A DNA stretch of 64,000 bases, taken from NCBI GenBank assembly GCA_021772615.1, contig JAJFLQ010000134.1, positions 2,039-66,038 of the forward strand. The letters run 5' to 3'. The notes under the pieces were generated by a model, which saw nothing but the letters and a program-made list of their open reading frames with translations, made no database searches and was not told where the DNA came from. How positions within the stretch are numbered: the first letter of the stretch is position 1; each line of letters begins with the position of its first letter. Shown here in pieces: positions 30,036 through 39,532 of the stretch. Made by a program: the position numbers and the translations under genes. This stretch comes from Verrucomicrobiota bacterium. Lineage in GTDB: Bacteria > Verrucomicrobiota > Lentisphaeria > JABSQK01 > JAJFLO01.

Positions 30036-33000
30036 ATGGCCGTCAAAACATTAAAGATGCGGATTCTTATCAGCCTGGTTTCGGCCTTGCTTCCCGCAAC
30101 AGTGTTCGCGCAATCGTTCACCGGTGAGCGACATGTGACGGATGCCGTGACCGACGGCGCCCGACCGTGTTACATCGTTGGCGCCGATGTCGAGGTGACC
30201 TTGTCGCTGACATTCGATGTTCCGGGCGGCAACGTCGGAGTATGGGGCATTAGCGAACGGATTCCGGCCGGTTGGGCCTTTGTCTCCGCAAACAACAATG
30301 GGGAGTACGACGCTCCAGGCAAGCGGGTTAGCGGGACGGCAACGGGAAATCCACCGCCTGAAGTGAGCTATATCCTGACACCGACATCCGTTGGGGACAC
30401 GACGTTTTCCACCATAGAAATGGGCTTGTTCGCCGGGATGCTCATCACCGGCACAATGGATGACACGATTCTACCGGAATGTGCTGACGACGACGTTGCG
30501 CCCGAGTCGTCCGTAATAACCAGCGGCATCCACGGCCCGCAGACGTGGAGCGGCGTCATACATGGGACGGCATCGGACGACACCAGTGGCGTCGCCTCGG
30601 TGATAGTGACCATCCAGCGTCTGTCAGACGGGCGGTCGTGGAACGGGGAGTTATGGACAGTCGGATTTTTCTCGCGCCCCGTGAGTCGTGGTACGACGAC
30701 ATGGGAGTACGACTTGCCCCTGGCTGCGCTTGAAGAGGCTGGATCCGGCGTTGGCTACGTGGTGGTGAGCCGTGCAACGGACGCTGTCGGAAACGTGCAA
30801 AACGAGCCAGGTTCGAATACCTTTAGTTTTGACTCCGCGCCGCCGACAGGTGTGTATTTCATTGGGTCAGGCGACCCCACCTATACAACGTTGCTGAACG
30901 TCACTCTCGACGTCGTCGTCGCCGGCGCCACCGAGATGCGATTTCGCAACGTATCGGGGATGTTTCCCGAGTCGTGGACAAGCATTGCCGGCACATTCGA
31001 TTTTCCGCTCGACGGAGGAGATGGCACAACAACAGTTTTTGCAGAGTTTCGCGATGCGGCGCTGAACGTGCTGGAATTGAGTGACGATATCATAGTCGAC
31101 ACCACACCACCGATGTCAGCAGTATCGACGTCTGGTGTTTTTGGCCCCGCGACGTGGCCGGGCTCGATCGCCGGTTCCGCCTCCGACAATGTGAGCGGCG
31201 TGTCAAATGTTCATCTTCGACTACACCGCAGCGACGATGATATGTATTGGAACGGAGCTGCGTGGGGCAGTGATTCAACCACCTTCATTTCGGCATCCGG
31301 CGATACAACGTGGTCATCAATCATCCCTGTTGCCGCCTTGTCCGACGGTCACAGTTACGCCGTCGACAGTCGTGCACTCGATGCGGCCGGCAACGCCGAG
31401 AGCAACCTGGGCAATGGATTCTTTCAATTCGACGCGTCGGCACCGGTTGGTTCCTTCTCTATCGGAATGGGCGATCCGCCATTCGTGATCTCGCCGAATG
31501 TAACGTTGGCCGTAGCCGTGAGCGGTGCGACAGAAATGAGATTTCGCAACGCATCGGGGATTTTTCCGGAGTCGTGGTCAAGTGTTGCCGCACCTTTCGG
31601 TTTTGCGCTCGACGGCGGAGACGGCATGAAAACAGTGTTCGCCGAGTTTCGGGATACAGCGCGAAACGTGCTGGCACTCACCGACGATGTCGTACTCGAC
31701 GCGACGGATCCGATCTCGACCGTGTTGACGGCGGGAACAGTTGGTCCCAACACCTGGTCGGGCCCGATTGCGACAGTCGGGGGAACGGCGTCGGACTCGA
31801 CCAGTGGTGTGGACCAGGTAACCGTGACGATCCAACGTCTTGCCGACGGACGGTCATGGGACGGCGATACCTGGCAGTTCGGATTCTTCCCGCTGGGTGT
31901 CAGCCGCGGGACGACAGAGTGGGAATACGATTTGCCGTTTACAGCCTTAGCGGAAGCAGGAAATGGTGTCGGCTACGTAGTCGTCAGCCGCGCGACGGAT
32001 GTCGCCGGAAACGAGCAATCGGAGCCGGGTTCAAATTCGTTTACCTTCGACTCCGAGCCGCCCACGGGCCTGTTTACCATCGGGACAGGCGACCCGTCCT
32101 ACACCACCTCTCCAGAGGTCACGCTGGGCGTTGCCGTCACCGGCGCCACCGAGATGCGATTTCGCAACGCCTCGGGAAACTTTCCGGAGGCGTGGACAAG
32201 CGTTGCCGGCACGCTCGACTTTGCACTTGCTCAGGGAGACGGTACGAAAACGGTATTCGCCCAATTCCGCGATGCGGCACTGAACGTGCTGGCGGTCAGC
32301 GACAGTATCGTCCTCGACGCGACGATGCCGGTATCGGCAGTTTCGACATCTGGTGCATTCGGACCCAGTACATGGCCTGACTCCATTGTGACTACGGCGT
32401 CGGATAATCTGAGCGGCATTTCCGCTGTTCACATTCGGCTGCAGCGATCAAGCGATGATAGATATTGGAACGGCAGTGAATGGGGCGATGAATCGGAGAC
32501 ATTTCTGGCTGCCTCGGGTGACGGCGTCTGGTCGTTGTCCGTTTCTGCCGGCGCACTGACGAACGGCGTCAACTATGGGGTAAACAGCCGCGCAACCGAC
32601 CTTGCCGGCAATATCGAGGCGGATTTTGGGAGCAGCACATTCCAGTACGACGCATCACCGCCGGCCGGTGCCTTTTTTATTGTCGACGACATGACTGTCT
32701 ACACCAATACGCCGACCGTTGTACTCAATAATAGGATAACCGGCGCAGACGAAATGCGTATCCGTAACGCCGGTGCCGCATTTCCCAATGTCTGGTTAAT
32801 TTTTGATTCGGCTCCTGTGTGGCTCCTGGACACAACCGCAGACGATGGCGCACAAATGGTTGAAATCGAATTCCGCGATTTTGCCGGCAATGTGTTGCAC
32901 CTGTCTGATACGATTATTCTCGATCGCGTCGATCCTGATACGTCATTGCAGCCACCGGACGTGTTCGGCCCACTTACGTGGCCTGGCGAAATTACGGGGT

Positions 33001-34214
33001 CGGCAACAGAGCAGACGTCCGGCGTCGCTGCAGTCGACGTGCGGTTGCGCAATGACGATGACGGCACCTTCTGGAACGGCGCTTCCTGGCAGCAAAACGA
33101 GATCTGGATCGCGGCGACAGCGGATCTTCCCGCATGGTCCTTATCCGTATCCAGCGCGGCGCTTACACATGACACGACGTACTCGGTGAGCGCACGGGCG
33201 AATGACGCTGCCGGTAACGTTGACAACACACCGGCGACATCGTCATTTTCCTACGACGCCGTCGCGCCGGATATTGCCGTTGTCGAGGTATTGATCAACG
33301 TGCCGTTCGATAGTGGTTCGGTCGACATTGCCGCAGGCGTAGCGGCAACAGACGCCCATCTGGGAGTGATATCGACTCCGGACGTGCACGTTTCACCTGA
33401 TGCGATTGACAGTACTATCATCGGCGAAACACGTATTAGCTACAGCGCAGCAGACGCAGCGGGTAATACATCGAATGCATTTCGTGATTATCGCGTCGGC
33501 TTTCAAATTTCCGGAAATATCACATATGACAAGGCGACGGCGTCCACGCCGCTGATTGACGTTACTTCTCATGGCCAGGAAACCGATAGCATCGACGCGT
33601 CTGTTGCCGGCAACGGACCGTGGACATTTACATTGTTCATCGTCGGTGAGTCCGGAACATACGACCTGGCAGCGGTACTTGACACATCAGCCGACGGCGA
33701 GCCCGATGCCGAAGAGCCGGGCGACCGGTATGCCAACCGCAATGTGACCATTACGGACAATCTTGCGGACATCAATTTTCACGTCGCAGAATGGGAAGAT
33801 CTTGTGAGCTACGACGCCGGATGGAATTTCGTTGCGTTTCCGGGCCAACCGTTTTTCTCGGCTCCACATCAATTGATCGCAGGTGCACGGCCGGAATTAT
33901 GGGAAATCGATAACAGCAACAGTGGTTACCGACCGGCTTCGGAATTTTCTGCACTAAGCGGCCAATGGGTTTACCTCGACGTTCCTGCCCGCAATGTGCT
34001 TGTGCGCGGCAACTACCTGCCAGATTCGACTCAGACCATACCTGCCGGATGGCGGGCGATCGGCGTCAGGAACAGTCTGGTAAAACCTAATCTTCTGGGC
34101 CCGGTTTGGGAGTGGCGTGCGAATCGCTATCTTCTCGTCCCTCCGGGGAGTACGCTTCAGCGGTATTGTGGATATGTCGTTTTCGCCGCTGCGACAGTAA
34201 TATTCGTTTATTGA
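30036..34214 (+). CDS. large secreted Ig-like repeat protein (adhesin/surface protein)
   Basis: Signal peptide; alternating repeats (GTASDxxSGV...WNG...AxDxAGN and GATEMRFRN...FRDxAxNV); C-terminal GWN repeat domain. Confidence 0.8.
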   Translation: MAVKTLKMRILISLVSALLPATVFAQSFTGERHVTDAVTDGARPCYIVGADVEVTLSLTFDVPGGNVGVWGISERIPAGWAFVSANNNGEYDAPGKRVSGTATGNPPPEVSYILTPTSVGDTTFSTIEMGLFAGMLITGTMDDTILPECADDDVAPESSVITSGIHGPQTWSGVIHGTASDDTSGVASVIVTIQRLSDGRSWNGELWTVGFFSRPVSRGTTTWEYDLPLAALEEAGSGVGYVVVSRATDAVGNVQNEPGSNTFSFDSAPPTGVYFIGSGDPTYTTLLNVTLDVVVAGATEMRFRNVSGMFPESWTSIAGTFDFPLDGGDGTTTVFAEFRDAALNVLELSDDIIVDTTPPMSAVSTSGVFGPATWPGSIAGSASDNVSGVSNVHLRLHRSDDDMYWNGAAWGSDSTTFISASGDTTWSSIIPVAALSDGHSYAVDSRALDAAGNAESNLGNGFFQFDASAPVGSFSIGMGDPPFVISPNVTLAVAVSGATEMRFRNASGIFPESWSSVAAPFGFALDGGDGMKTVFAEFRDTARNVLALTDDVVLDATDPISTVLTAGTVGPNTWSGPIATVGGTASDSTSGVDQVTVTIQRLADGRSWDGDTWQFGFFPLGVSRGTTEWEYDLPFTALAEAGNGVGYVVVSRATDVAGNEQSEPGSNSFTFDSEPPTGLFTIGTGDPSYTTSPEVTLGVAVTGATEMRFRNASGNFPEAWTSVAGTLDFALAQGDGTKTVFAQFRDAALNVLAVSDSIVLDATMPVSAVSTSGAFGPSTWPDSIVTTASDNLSGISAVHIRLQRSSDDRYWNGSEWGDESETFLAASGDGVWSLSVSAGALTNGVNYGVNSRATDLAGNIEADFGSSTFQYDASPPAGAFFIVDDMTVYTNTPTVVLNNRITGADEMRIRNAGAAFPNVWLIFDSAPVWLLDTTADDGAQMVEIEFRDFAGNVLHLSDTIILDRVDPDTSLQPPDVFGPLTWPGEITGSATEQTSGVAAVDVRLRNDDDGTFWNGASWQQNEIWIAATADLPAWSLSVSSAALTHDTTYSVSARANDAAGNVDNTPATSSFSYDAVAPDIAVVEVLINVPFDSGSVDIAAGVAATDAHLGVISTPDVHVSPDAIDSTIIGETRISYSAADAAGNTSNAFRDYRVGFQISGNITYDKATASTPLIDVTSHGQETDSIDASVAGNGPWTFTLFIVGESGTYDLAAVLDTSADGEPDAEEPGDRYANRNVTITDNLADINFHVAEWEDLVSYDAGWNFVAFPGQPFFSAPHQLIAGARPELWEIDNSNSGYRPASEFSALSGQWVYLDVPARNVLVRGNYLPDSTQTIPAGWRAIGVRNSLVKPNLLGPVWEWRANRYLLVPPGSTLQRYCGYVVFAAATVIFVY

Positions 34215-34279
34215 TTACAACTGCCGTCGGCATTGAGTTCCCCGGGACAATGCCATTGAATTAGGCATTTTCGTTGGCA

Positions 34280-34301
34280 TTCACATTCCCGGGAATGTGA
34301 A
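34280..34301. promoter_or_regulatory. perfect 22-bp palindrome TTCACATTCCCGGGAATGTGAA
   Basis: Self-complementary; intergenic, upstream of the sulfotransferase genes. Confidence 0.5.
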
Positions 34302-34437
34302 CGCTCCGTTTGCGAGACGCCGAAAAGCCACATCAAAAGCCGTGAACAACGAAGTGCGTAAGATATTGCCGATTCACGCCGTGGATTATGTTTCGATGGT
34401 TGGCGAATACACGGAATGAAGGCCCGACAGGTATCGC

Positions 34438-35469
34438 ATGACACCACCACCGCCGATCGCCCCTCCGGTATCTGAGCAGGATGCCGACCACCGGTGTGTA
34501 CTGCACATTGGCTTGCCGAAAACCGGATCGAAGCTGCTTCAATGGCACCTGTTTGCGCGCCACAGCGAAGTCGATTTTCTTGGTCTGTATATCGGCGATG
34601 TTGCACGGCCCTACCAACAGTTCGGCAATTGCCGAACGGCTGCGGTTGAAAGCGTGATGCAGGAACTGCTGTGGAAAAACGTAGGCAATCCCGATATCGA
34701 ACGCTGCCGGGAGATTATTAAGGCATCGATCCTTCCGGCATTTGACAACGGAAAGATCCCTGTCTGGTCGTGGGAGTCACTCGCCACGGACAATCTCAAG
34801 GTTCGGCGAATGCGGGCCAGGAATCTATACAACGCCTTTGGTTCGTGCAAGATCATTGCTGCGGTCCGACATCCGTTTGACCTTCTCGAGTCCGCGTATT
34901 TCCAGATGCTGAAACGAGAAAATCTCTCCGTGCCTTTTCGTCGCCTTGACGGCGGCCGAGCCGCATACTGCATCGGAATTAAAAAATGGCTGGAAGATCA
35001 CTTTGGCGACGTCGTTATGGAGCATCTTGACTATGCCAAAACGATCAACATCTATAGCGAACTTTTCGGCAAAAACGCCGTGGCCGTCTTTCTTTACGAA
35101 GATTTGCGGGAAAATACGCCCGTGCATATAGAGAATGTGTGCCGTTTCATCGGCATCAATGCAGCCGAGGGCGTGACCTTAACCGATGGAAAGCAGGTGA
35201 ATTTACGATGGACTCAAAAGCAATTTGAAAATTTGAAACACATTCAGGCTTCGATGCTCAGGTCCCTGCTATTTCGGTTCACCTACAACACAAAACGACA
35301 TCGGGTTCTCGGATTCAGGTCGAACCCGGGACTGCGCGTTGGCCCCCCGGCTCGCGTCGCGATTCCCAAGGTATGGAAACGAAAAATCAGCGATGTAACC
35401 CGAAACGGGAATCGGTGGCTGGAGCAGGAATGGGGACTGCCGCTTCAGCGCTACGGCTATCCACTCTAG
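34438..35469 (+). CDS. sulfotransferase family protein
   Basis: HIGLPKTGS 5'-PSB loop, SWESL, VRHP..LLESAY, LYEDL, YGY end. Confidence 0.85.
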   Translation: MTPPPPIAPPVSEQDADHRCVLHIGLPKTGSKLLQWHLFARHSEVDFLGLYIGDVARPYQQFGNCRTAAVESVMQELLWKNVGNPDIERCREIIKASILPAFDNGKIPVWSWESLATDNLKVRRMRARNLYNAFGSCKIIAAVRHPFDLLESAYFQMLKRENLSVPFRRLDGGRAAYCIGIKKWLEDHFGDVVMEHLDYAKTINIYSELFGKNAVAVFLYEDLRENTPVHIENVCRFIGINAAEGVTLTDGKQVNLRWTQKQFENLKHIQASMLRSLLFRFTYNTKRHRVLGFRSNPGLRVGPPARVAIPKVWKRKISDVTRNGNRWLEQEWGLPLQRYGYPL

Positions 35470-35506
35470 AGGATTTCGAGCAAGAAATTCCAATTCATAA
35501 GCATCA

Positions 35507-35717
35507 AATGGCAAATAAACCACAATCTCGAATTAGCGAAATTGGCGATTCTGGAAAAAGTTTAAAGGAGGACTTGTCGGGACTCAGAAGTTTTCGTGTG
35601 AGCCGGCTCCGAATCATTTTTCGACAGTCTTCTGCAAACACGATCGACCTTATCTCGGTTGGCCCGAGAGCCAGGATATATGAAGAAACATATCAAATCA
35701 TACGCAAGCGGCGTTGA
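35507..35717 (+). pseudogene. N-terminally truncated RelE/ParE toxin remnant
   Basis: GKSLKEDLSGLRSFRVSRLRIIFR...VGPRARIYE matches the C-terminal half of RelE; no antitoxin; lower GC. Confidence 0.65.
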
Positions 35718-36757
35718 ATCACCATCCGATGATCACCGATCGCAACATGGAGCCGGGCATCAGCTTTGCAGCGGAAGACAAACGCACCGGCGGCGGCGAC
35801 AACTGCGCCTGTATTCACATTGGCCTGCCCGGCGCCGACGCCCGTCTCCTGCAGGCGCATCTGTTCCCGACTCACAGTGAGGTATACTATCTTGGCCGCC
35901 ATGCTAACGAGGACTGTTTGTGGCGGAACCGTACCGTTCAGCAATTCGTCGCGGAGCTGCAGCGCCCGGGAATATCCCGTACCGAACTGTCGTCTTGTCG
36001 GGAGCTCGCAAACGAACTTATTACCACTGCATCCACTTCACTGCAACAATTGGTATTCTCATGGGAACGCCTGAGTACGGGCACGCGGGACAATCGATCT
36101 GCATGGCCGGAGTTGCTGCAGTCTATATTCGGAAATTGTAAGATTCTTGTTGTGCTCATGCACCCGGTCGCATTGATTGAATCCGCCTACTTCCGAATGT
36201 TGACGCGGCAATATGTCGGCGCCAATGCCCGCTGCGGGCGACTCGCCGATTTCGAAACCATCGAGGACTGGATTTCTCGGACTAATATCCTGCAACGCAA
36301 CGATGGATTGTTGGATTACCAGGAAACGGTGGCATCCTATGCCATTCTTTTTGGCAACGATGCCGTCAACGTCTTCCCCGCCGAAGCGATGGAAGAGCAA
36401 CGGGATTCTTATACACGGACGTTGTGCCGCTTTATCGGCATAGGCGCTGACGAAGACGTTACAGCATGTGAGCAATTTGAAGGTGCAAAACATCGCTGGA
36501 CATCGGCACAGGTCGAACGTTTGCAGAATGTTCAGCGCAACTTCTGGCAAGCTCTCAGATTTCGATTCGCGGACCGACGGATGCGCCGCATTCTTCTGGG
36601 CATGCACAAGGGGGATCCTGCTTTTGCAGCGCCGCCGGCCCGTGCGGCCATCTCCGACCGACATCGTGAGATCATCCAAGACCGAACACGAGAAGGCAAC
36701 CGATGGATTGCAGAGACGTGGCACGTACCGCTCGAAGAATATGGTTATCCACTGTAG
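35714..36757 (+). CDS. sulfotransferase-like paralogue with degenerate PAPS-binding loop
   Basis: Colinear with 34438-35469 but HIGLPGADA replaces HIGLPKTGS; start uncertain. Confidence 0.75.
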   Translation: MNHHPMITDRNMEPGISFAAEDKRTGGGDNCACIHIGLPGADARLLQAHLFPTHSEVYYLGRHANEDCLWRNRTVQQFVAELQRPGISRTELSSCRELANELITTASTSLQQLVFSWERLSTGTRDNRSAWPELLQSIFGNCKILVVLMHPVALIESAYFRMLTRQYVGANARCGRLADFETIEDWISRTNILQRNDGLLDYQETVASYAILFGNDAVNVFPAEAMEEQRDSYTRTLCRFIGIGADEDVTACEQFEGAKHRWTSAQVERLQNVQRNFWQALRFRFADRRMRRILLGMHKGDPAFAAPPARAAISDRHREIIQDRTREGNRWIAETWHVPLEEYGYPL

Positions 36758-36952
36758 CCACCCGTAGTTCAAAAAGGCCTGCAATATAGCGCACTGCAAC
36801 GCGTGATCGGTGCAGCATCCGGGACAGACGACTCAGCCCCCCCCGCATGGCGGCGGTTTAGGCTACTTTGTAGCTGTGAATCCAGCGTTTCGGAGACCTT
36901 TTCGAAAGGGCTGGCGAATGCGAACGATAGCAAGAAACAGAAGGGGTTGACA

Positions 36953-38095
36953 ATGCGAGGCGTCAAGTATATCGGCCCGGTTTTTGATGGAAGCGGGTAC
37001 GCGGAAGCGGCGCGGAACAACGTGCTCGCAATGGCGAGACAGGGATGTCCAGTGACGCTGGCACCGGTATCGTTTGACAGTATTCGGCCGGACCTGGGCG
37101 AGAACGGTGCGGTCTTGCGTCGCCTCGTCGACAAAGACATCCCCTACGACATCGTTATTATTCATTGCACCCCGGACATCTGGCGATTTTACGCCCAACA
37201 CGAAACAGATAAATACGTCATTGGTTGCACGATTTGGGAAACTACACGGCTGCATCCGGTATGGACAGCGGCATGCAACCGGATGCATGAAGTATGGGTG
37301 CCGACCCGCTGGAATAGTGATGTGTTCAGGGCATCCGGCGTCACGGTGCCATTGTACGACATTCCGTATTGCATGGACGTACCTGATGCAAATACGATAG
37401 AAACGATGCAAATACCTGGGGTGTCGGGCGATGACTTCGTATTTTATGCCATCTTTCAATGGCAGGAACGCAAGAATCCGCTCGGCCTGATCGCGACGTA
37501 CCTATCGGCTTTCACGGGAAACCGGAAGGTCGCCCTGGTTCTGAAATCTTACCTGAGCGACTATGAAACCGATCAGGACGCTATAAAAAAAATTATTAAT
37601 GCATTCAAGGCAGAGATGAATCTCGCGCACTATCCTAAAATCATCGTGTTGTCTGAAAATTTCAGCCGACACGAGCTGCTTTCTCTGCATCGGCGAGGCG
37701 ACTGTTTTGCGCTGCTGCAACGTTCGGAAGGCTGGGGCCTTCCGCATTTCGAGGCGGCAGCCTGCGGAAATCCCGTCGTGACGCCCCGATACGGCGCGCA
37801 GACAGAATTCCTAAACGATCACAACGCCTACCTGGTCGATTATTCGCTGCGGCCCGTGACCGGCATGTCGTGGTCGCCATATTATACCTCGACACAACTG
37901 TGGTGTGAACCCGACCAGGAACATGCAATGACCCTGCTGCGGTACGTGTATGAAAATCGTGATGAGGCCAATGCAAAAGGTCGTCTGGCAAGAGCTTTTG
38001 TTGAACAGCATTTCACCCCGGAACACGTGGGACAACGCATCGAGTCGCGATTGAACGCCATTCAACTCCCATTCCCGGATGTCGACGGCAATTGA
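36953..38095 (+). CDS. GT4-type glycosyltransferase
   Basis: SGYAEAAR, TIWET, RKNP, RSEGWGLPHFEA. Confidence 0.9.
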   Translation: MRGVKYIGPVFDGSGYAEAARNNVLAMARQGCPVTLAPVSFDSIRPDLGENGAVLRRLVDKDIPYDIVIIHCTPDIWRFYAQHETDKYVIGCTIWETTRLHPVWTAACNRMHEVWVPTRWNSDVFRASGVTVPLYDIPYCMDVPDANTIETMQIPGVSGDDFVFYAIFQWQERKNPLGLIATYLSAFTGNRKVALVLKSYLSDYETDQDAIKKIINAFKAEMNLAHYPKIIVLSENFSRHELLSLHRRGDCFALLQRSEGWGLPHFEAAACGNPVVTPRYGAQTEFLNDHNAYLVDYSLRPVTGMSWSPYYTSTQLWCEPDQEHAMTLLRYVYENRDEANAKGRLARAFVEQHFTPEHVGQRIESRLNAIQLPFPDVDGN

Positions 38096-38232
38096 TATTA
38101 TCCAAATTTCGAGTCTGAGGTAAAGCCCTGTAAAGATGAACGTCCATTGGGGGGGACATCCGTTCGACGATGCGGTCGCCGCAGCACGGAAGAAGCAGGG
38201 CGTTCAAATGAATAGTATTACCGAGCGCTGGT

Positions 38233-39357
38233 TCACCGGAATCGCACGGGCACCATGCCGTTGTCCAGTTCATCGAGGCACTCAATGACCCGATCAATAG
38301 CCCGCTGCCACGTGTATTCCTTGCGGACACTATCGGCGGCGGTCGCCGCTTTCTTCGCCAGGTCGACCGCGTTCGCGTTGTAAGCGTCTACAAGGAAATC
38401 CACCAGCGTATCCACCGGTGTCTCACAGAAGTCAACGCCATCAAGGTCTTCCTCGAATCCCAGCGTGTTGAATGCAAACCGGCGATTGACCGGCAGAGCA
38501 ATCCGTTTAACCGGCAACATGAACGCGTTGGACGGCGTACAATAATCTCTGCACGCACCAAAGTTCGGGACAATCGGCGGAGTGCCGGTTGCCAGCGCTT
38601 CAAGTATCGGTGATGCAAAACCCTCCGCGCGGTACGGAAAAACAGCAACATCGCAACGCCTGTAGAGCGACGCGAGATCAGCGGCTTCAAGGTACGCATT
38701 GATGTAGATGATTTCCGGTGCATCGCGGTCGCGCGACACCCGATGGATCTGGTCTTTATAGGAAATGTTCGAATAAAACACATCACCGGAATGGTCTTTG
38801 ATAACCAGGGCAACGTCATCGTCACGGGAAAAAGCTCGGGTGTACGCGTCCAGCAGGATATCGATACCCTTGCGCTTGACCGCAGCGCCGACAAACAGGA
38901 ATACGAAGCGTTTTGGGGACGGCAGACGGTATCGAGGACCTTCGCGCCGGAATACGGCATGGTCAAATGCGAGCGGTATCACCCGGACCCGGTCCGCTGC
39001 AATACCGGAATTTACCGCCTGCTCGCAAACCCACCTGCTGTAAACCCACAGTTGATCACATTGCGCGTTTATGATATCGACCCACGCTGGCGGGTAAGGT
39101 CCGAAATCCCAGGTCCTCACAGCGACGAATTTGCCGTGCTCCGGAGGCTTAATCTCGCCAAATCGATCTTCGAAATCATGATGAATGACGACAGTGGCGG
39201 TCCGGCCAACGCCGGCAGAATCGGCATCTGTGATCACGCGATAACCGCGTTTGCGCAGGCCGGCGACCCACATCCGGTTCACAAGTGAATAGGCGCTTTT
39301 TTTCGTCGTGCTGCCGCGCAAGACAATGCAAGGACGATGGTCTTTCGGAGCTTCCAT
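38233..39357 (-). CDS. GT4-type glycosyltransferase
   Basis: FLFVG...RKGIDILL, PYRAEGFASPILEALATG. Confidence 0.9.
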   Translation of the reverse strand: MEAPKDHRPCIVLRGSTTKKSAYSLVNRMWVAGLRKRGYRVITDADSAGVGRTATVVIHHDFEDRFGEIKPPEHGKFVAVRTWDFGPYPPAWVDIINAQCDQLWVYSRWVCEQAVNSGIAADRVRVIPLAFDHAVFRREGPRYRLPSPKRFVFLFVGAAVKRKGIDILLDAYTRAFSRDDDVALVIKDHSGDVFYSNISYKDQIHRVSRDRDAPEIIYINAYLEAADLASLYRRCDVAVFPYRAEGFASPILEALATGTPPIVPNFGACRDYCTPSNAFMLPVKRIALPVNRRFAFNTLGFEEDLDGVDFCETPVDTLVDFLVDAYNANAVDLAKKAATAADSVRKEYTWQRAIDRVIECLDELDNGMVPVRFR

Positions 39358-39444
39358 ATTGGTCGTGTTTTGGTTATCGATGCGTTTTGTTCGCTGCCCA
39401 CGTTTCACAATCAGCTGTAAGTTGATCACCTGCGCATGACCAGG

Positions 39445-39520
39445 CGGCTCGCGGGGCCGCCCGCCCTCCCCCAAGAGCGCTACCGATACGGGTTTGGAGG
39501 GGGAGCGGCACCGCGAGCCG
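39445..39520. repeat. REP-like inverted pair (GGAG type)
   Basis: CGGCTCGCGGGGCCGCCCGCCCTCC ... GGAGGGGGAGCGGCACCGCGAGCCG, intergenic. Confidence 0.6.
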
Positions 39521-39532
39521 ATCCCTGCTGAT

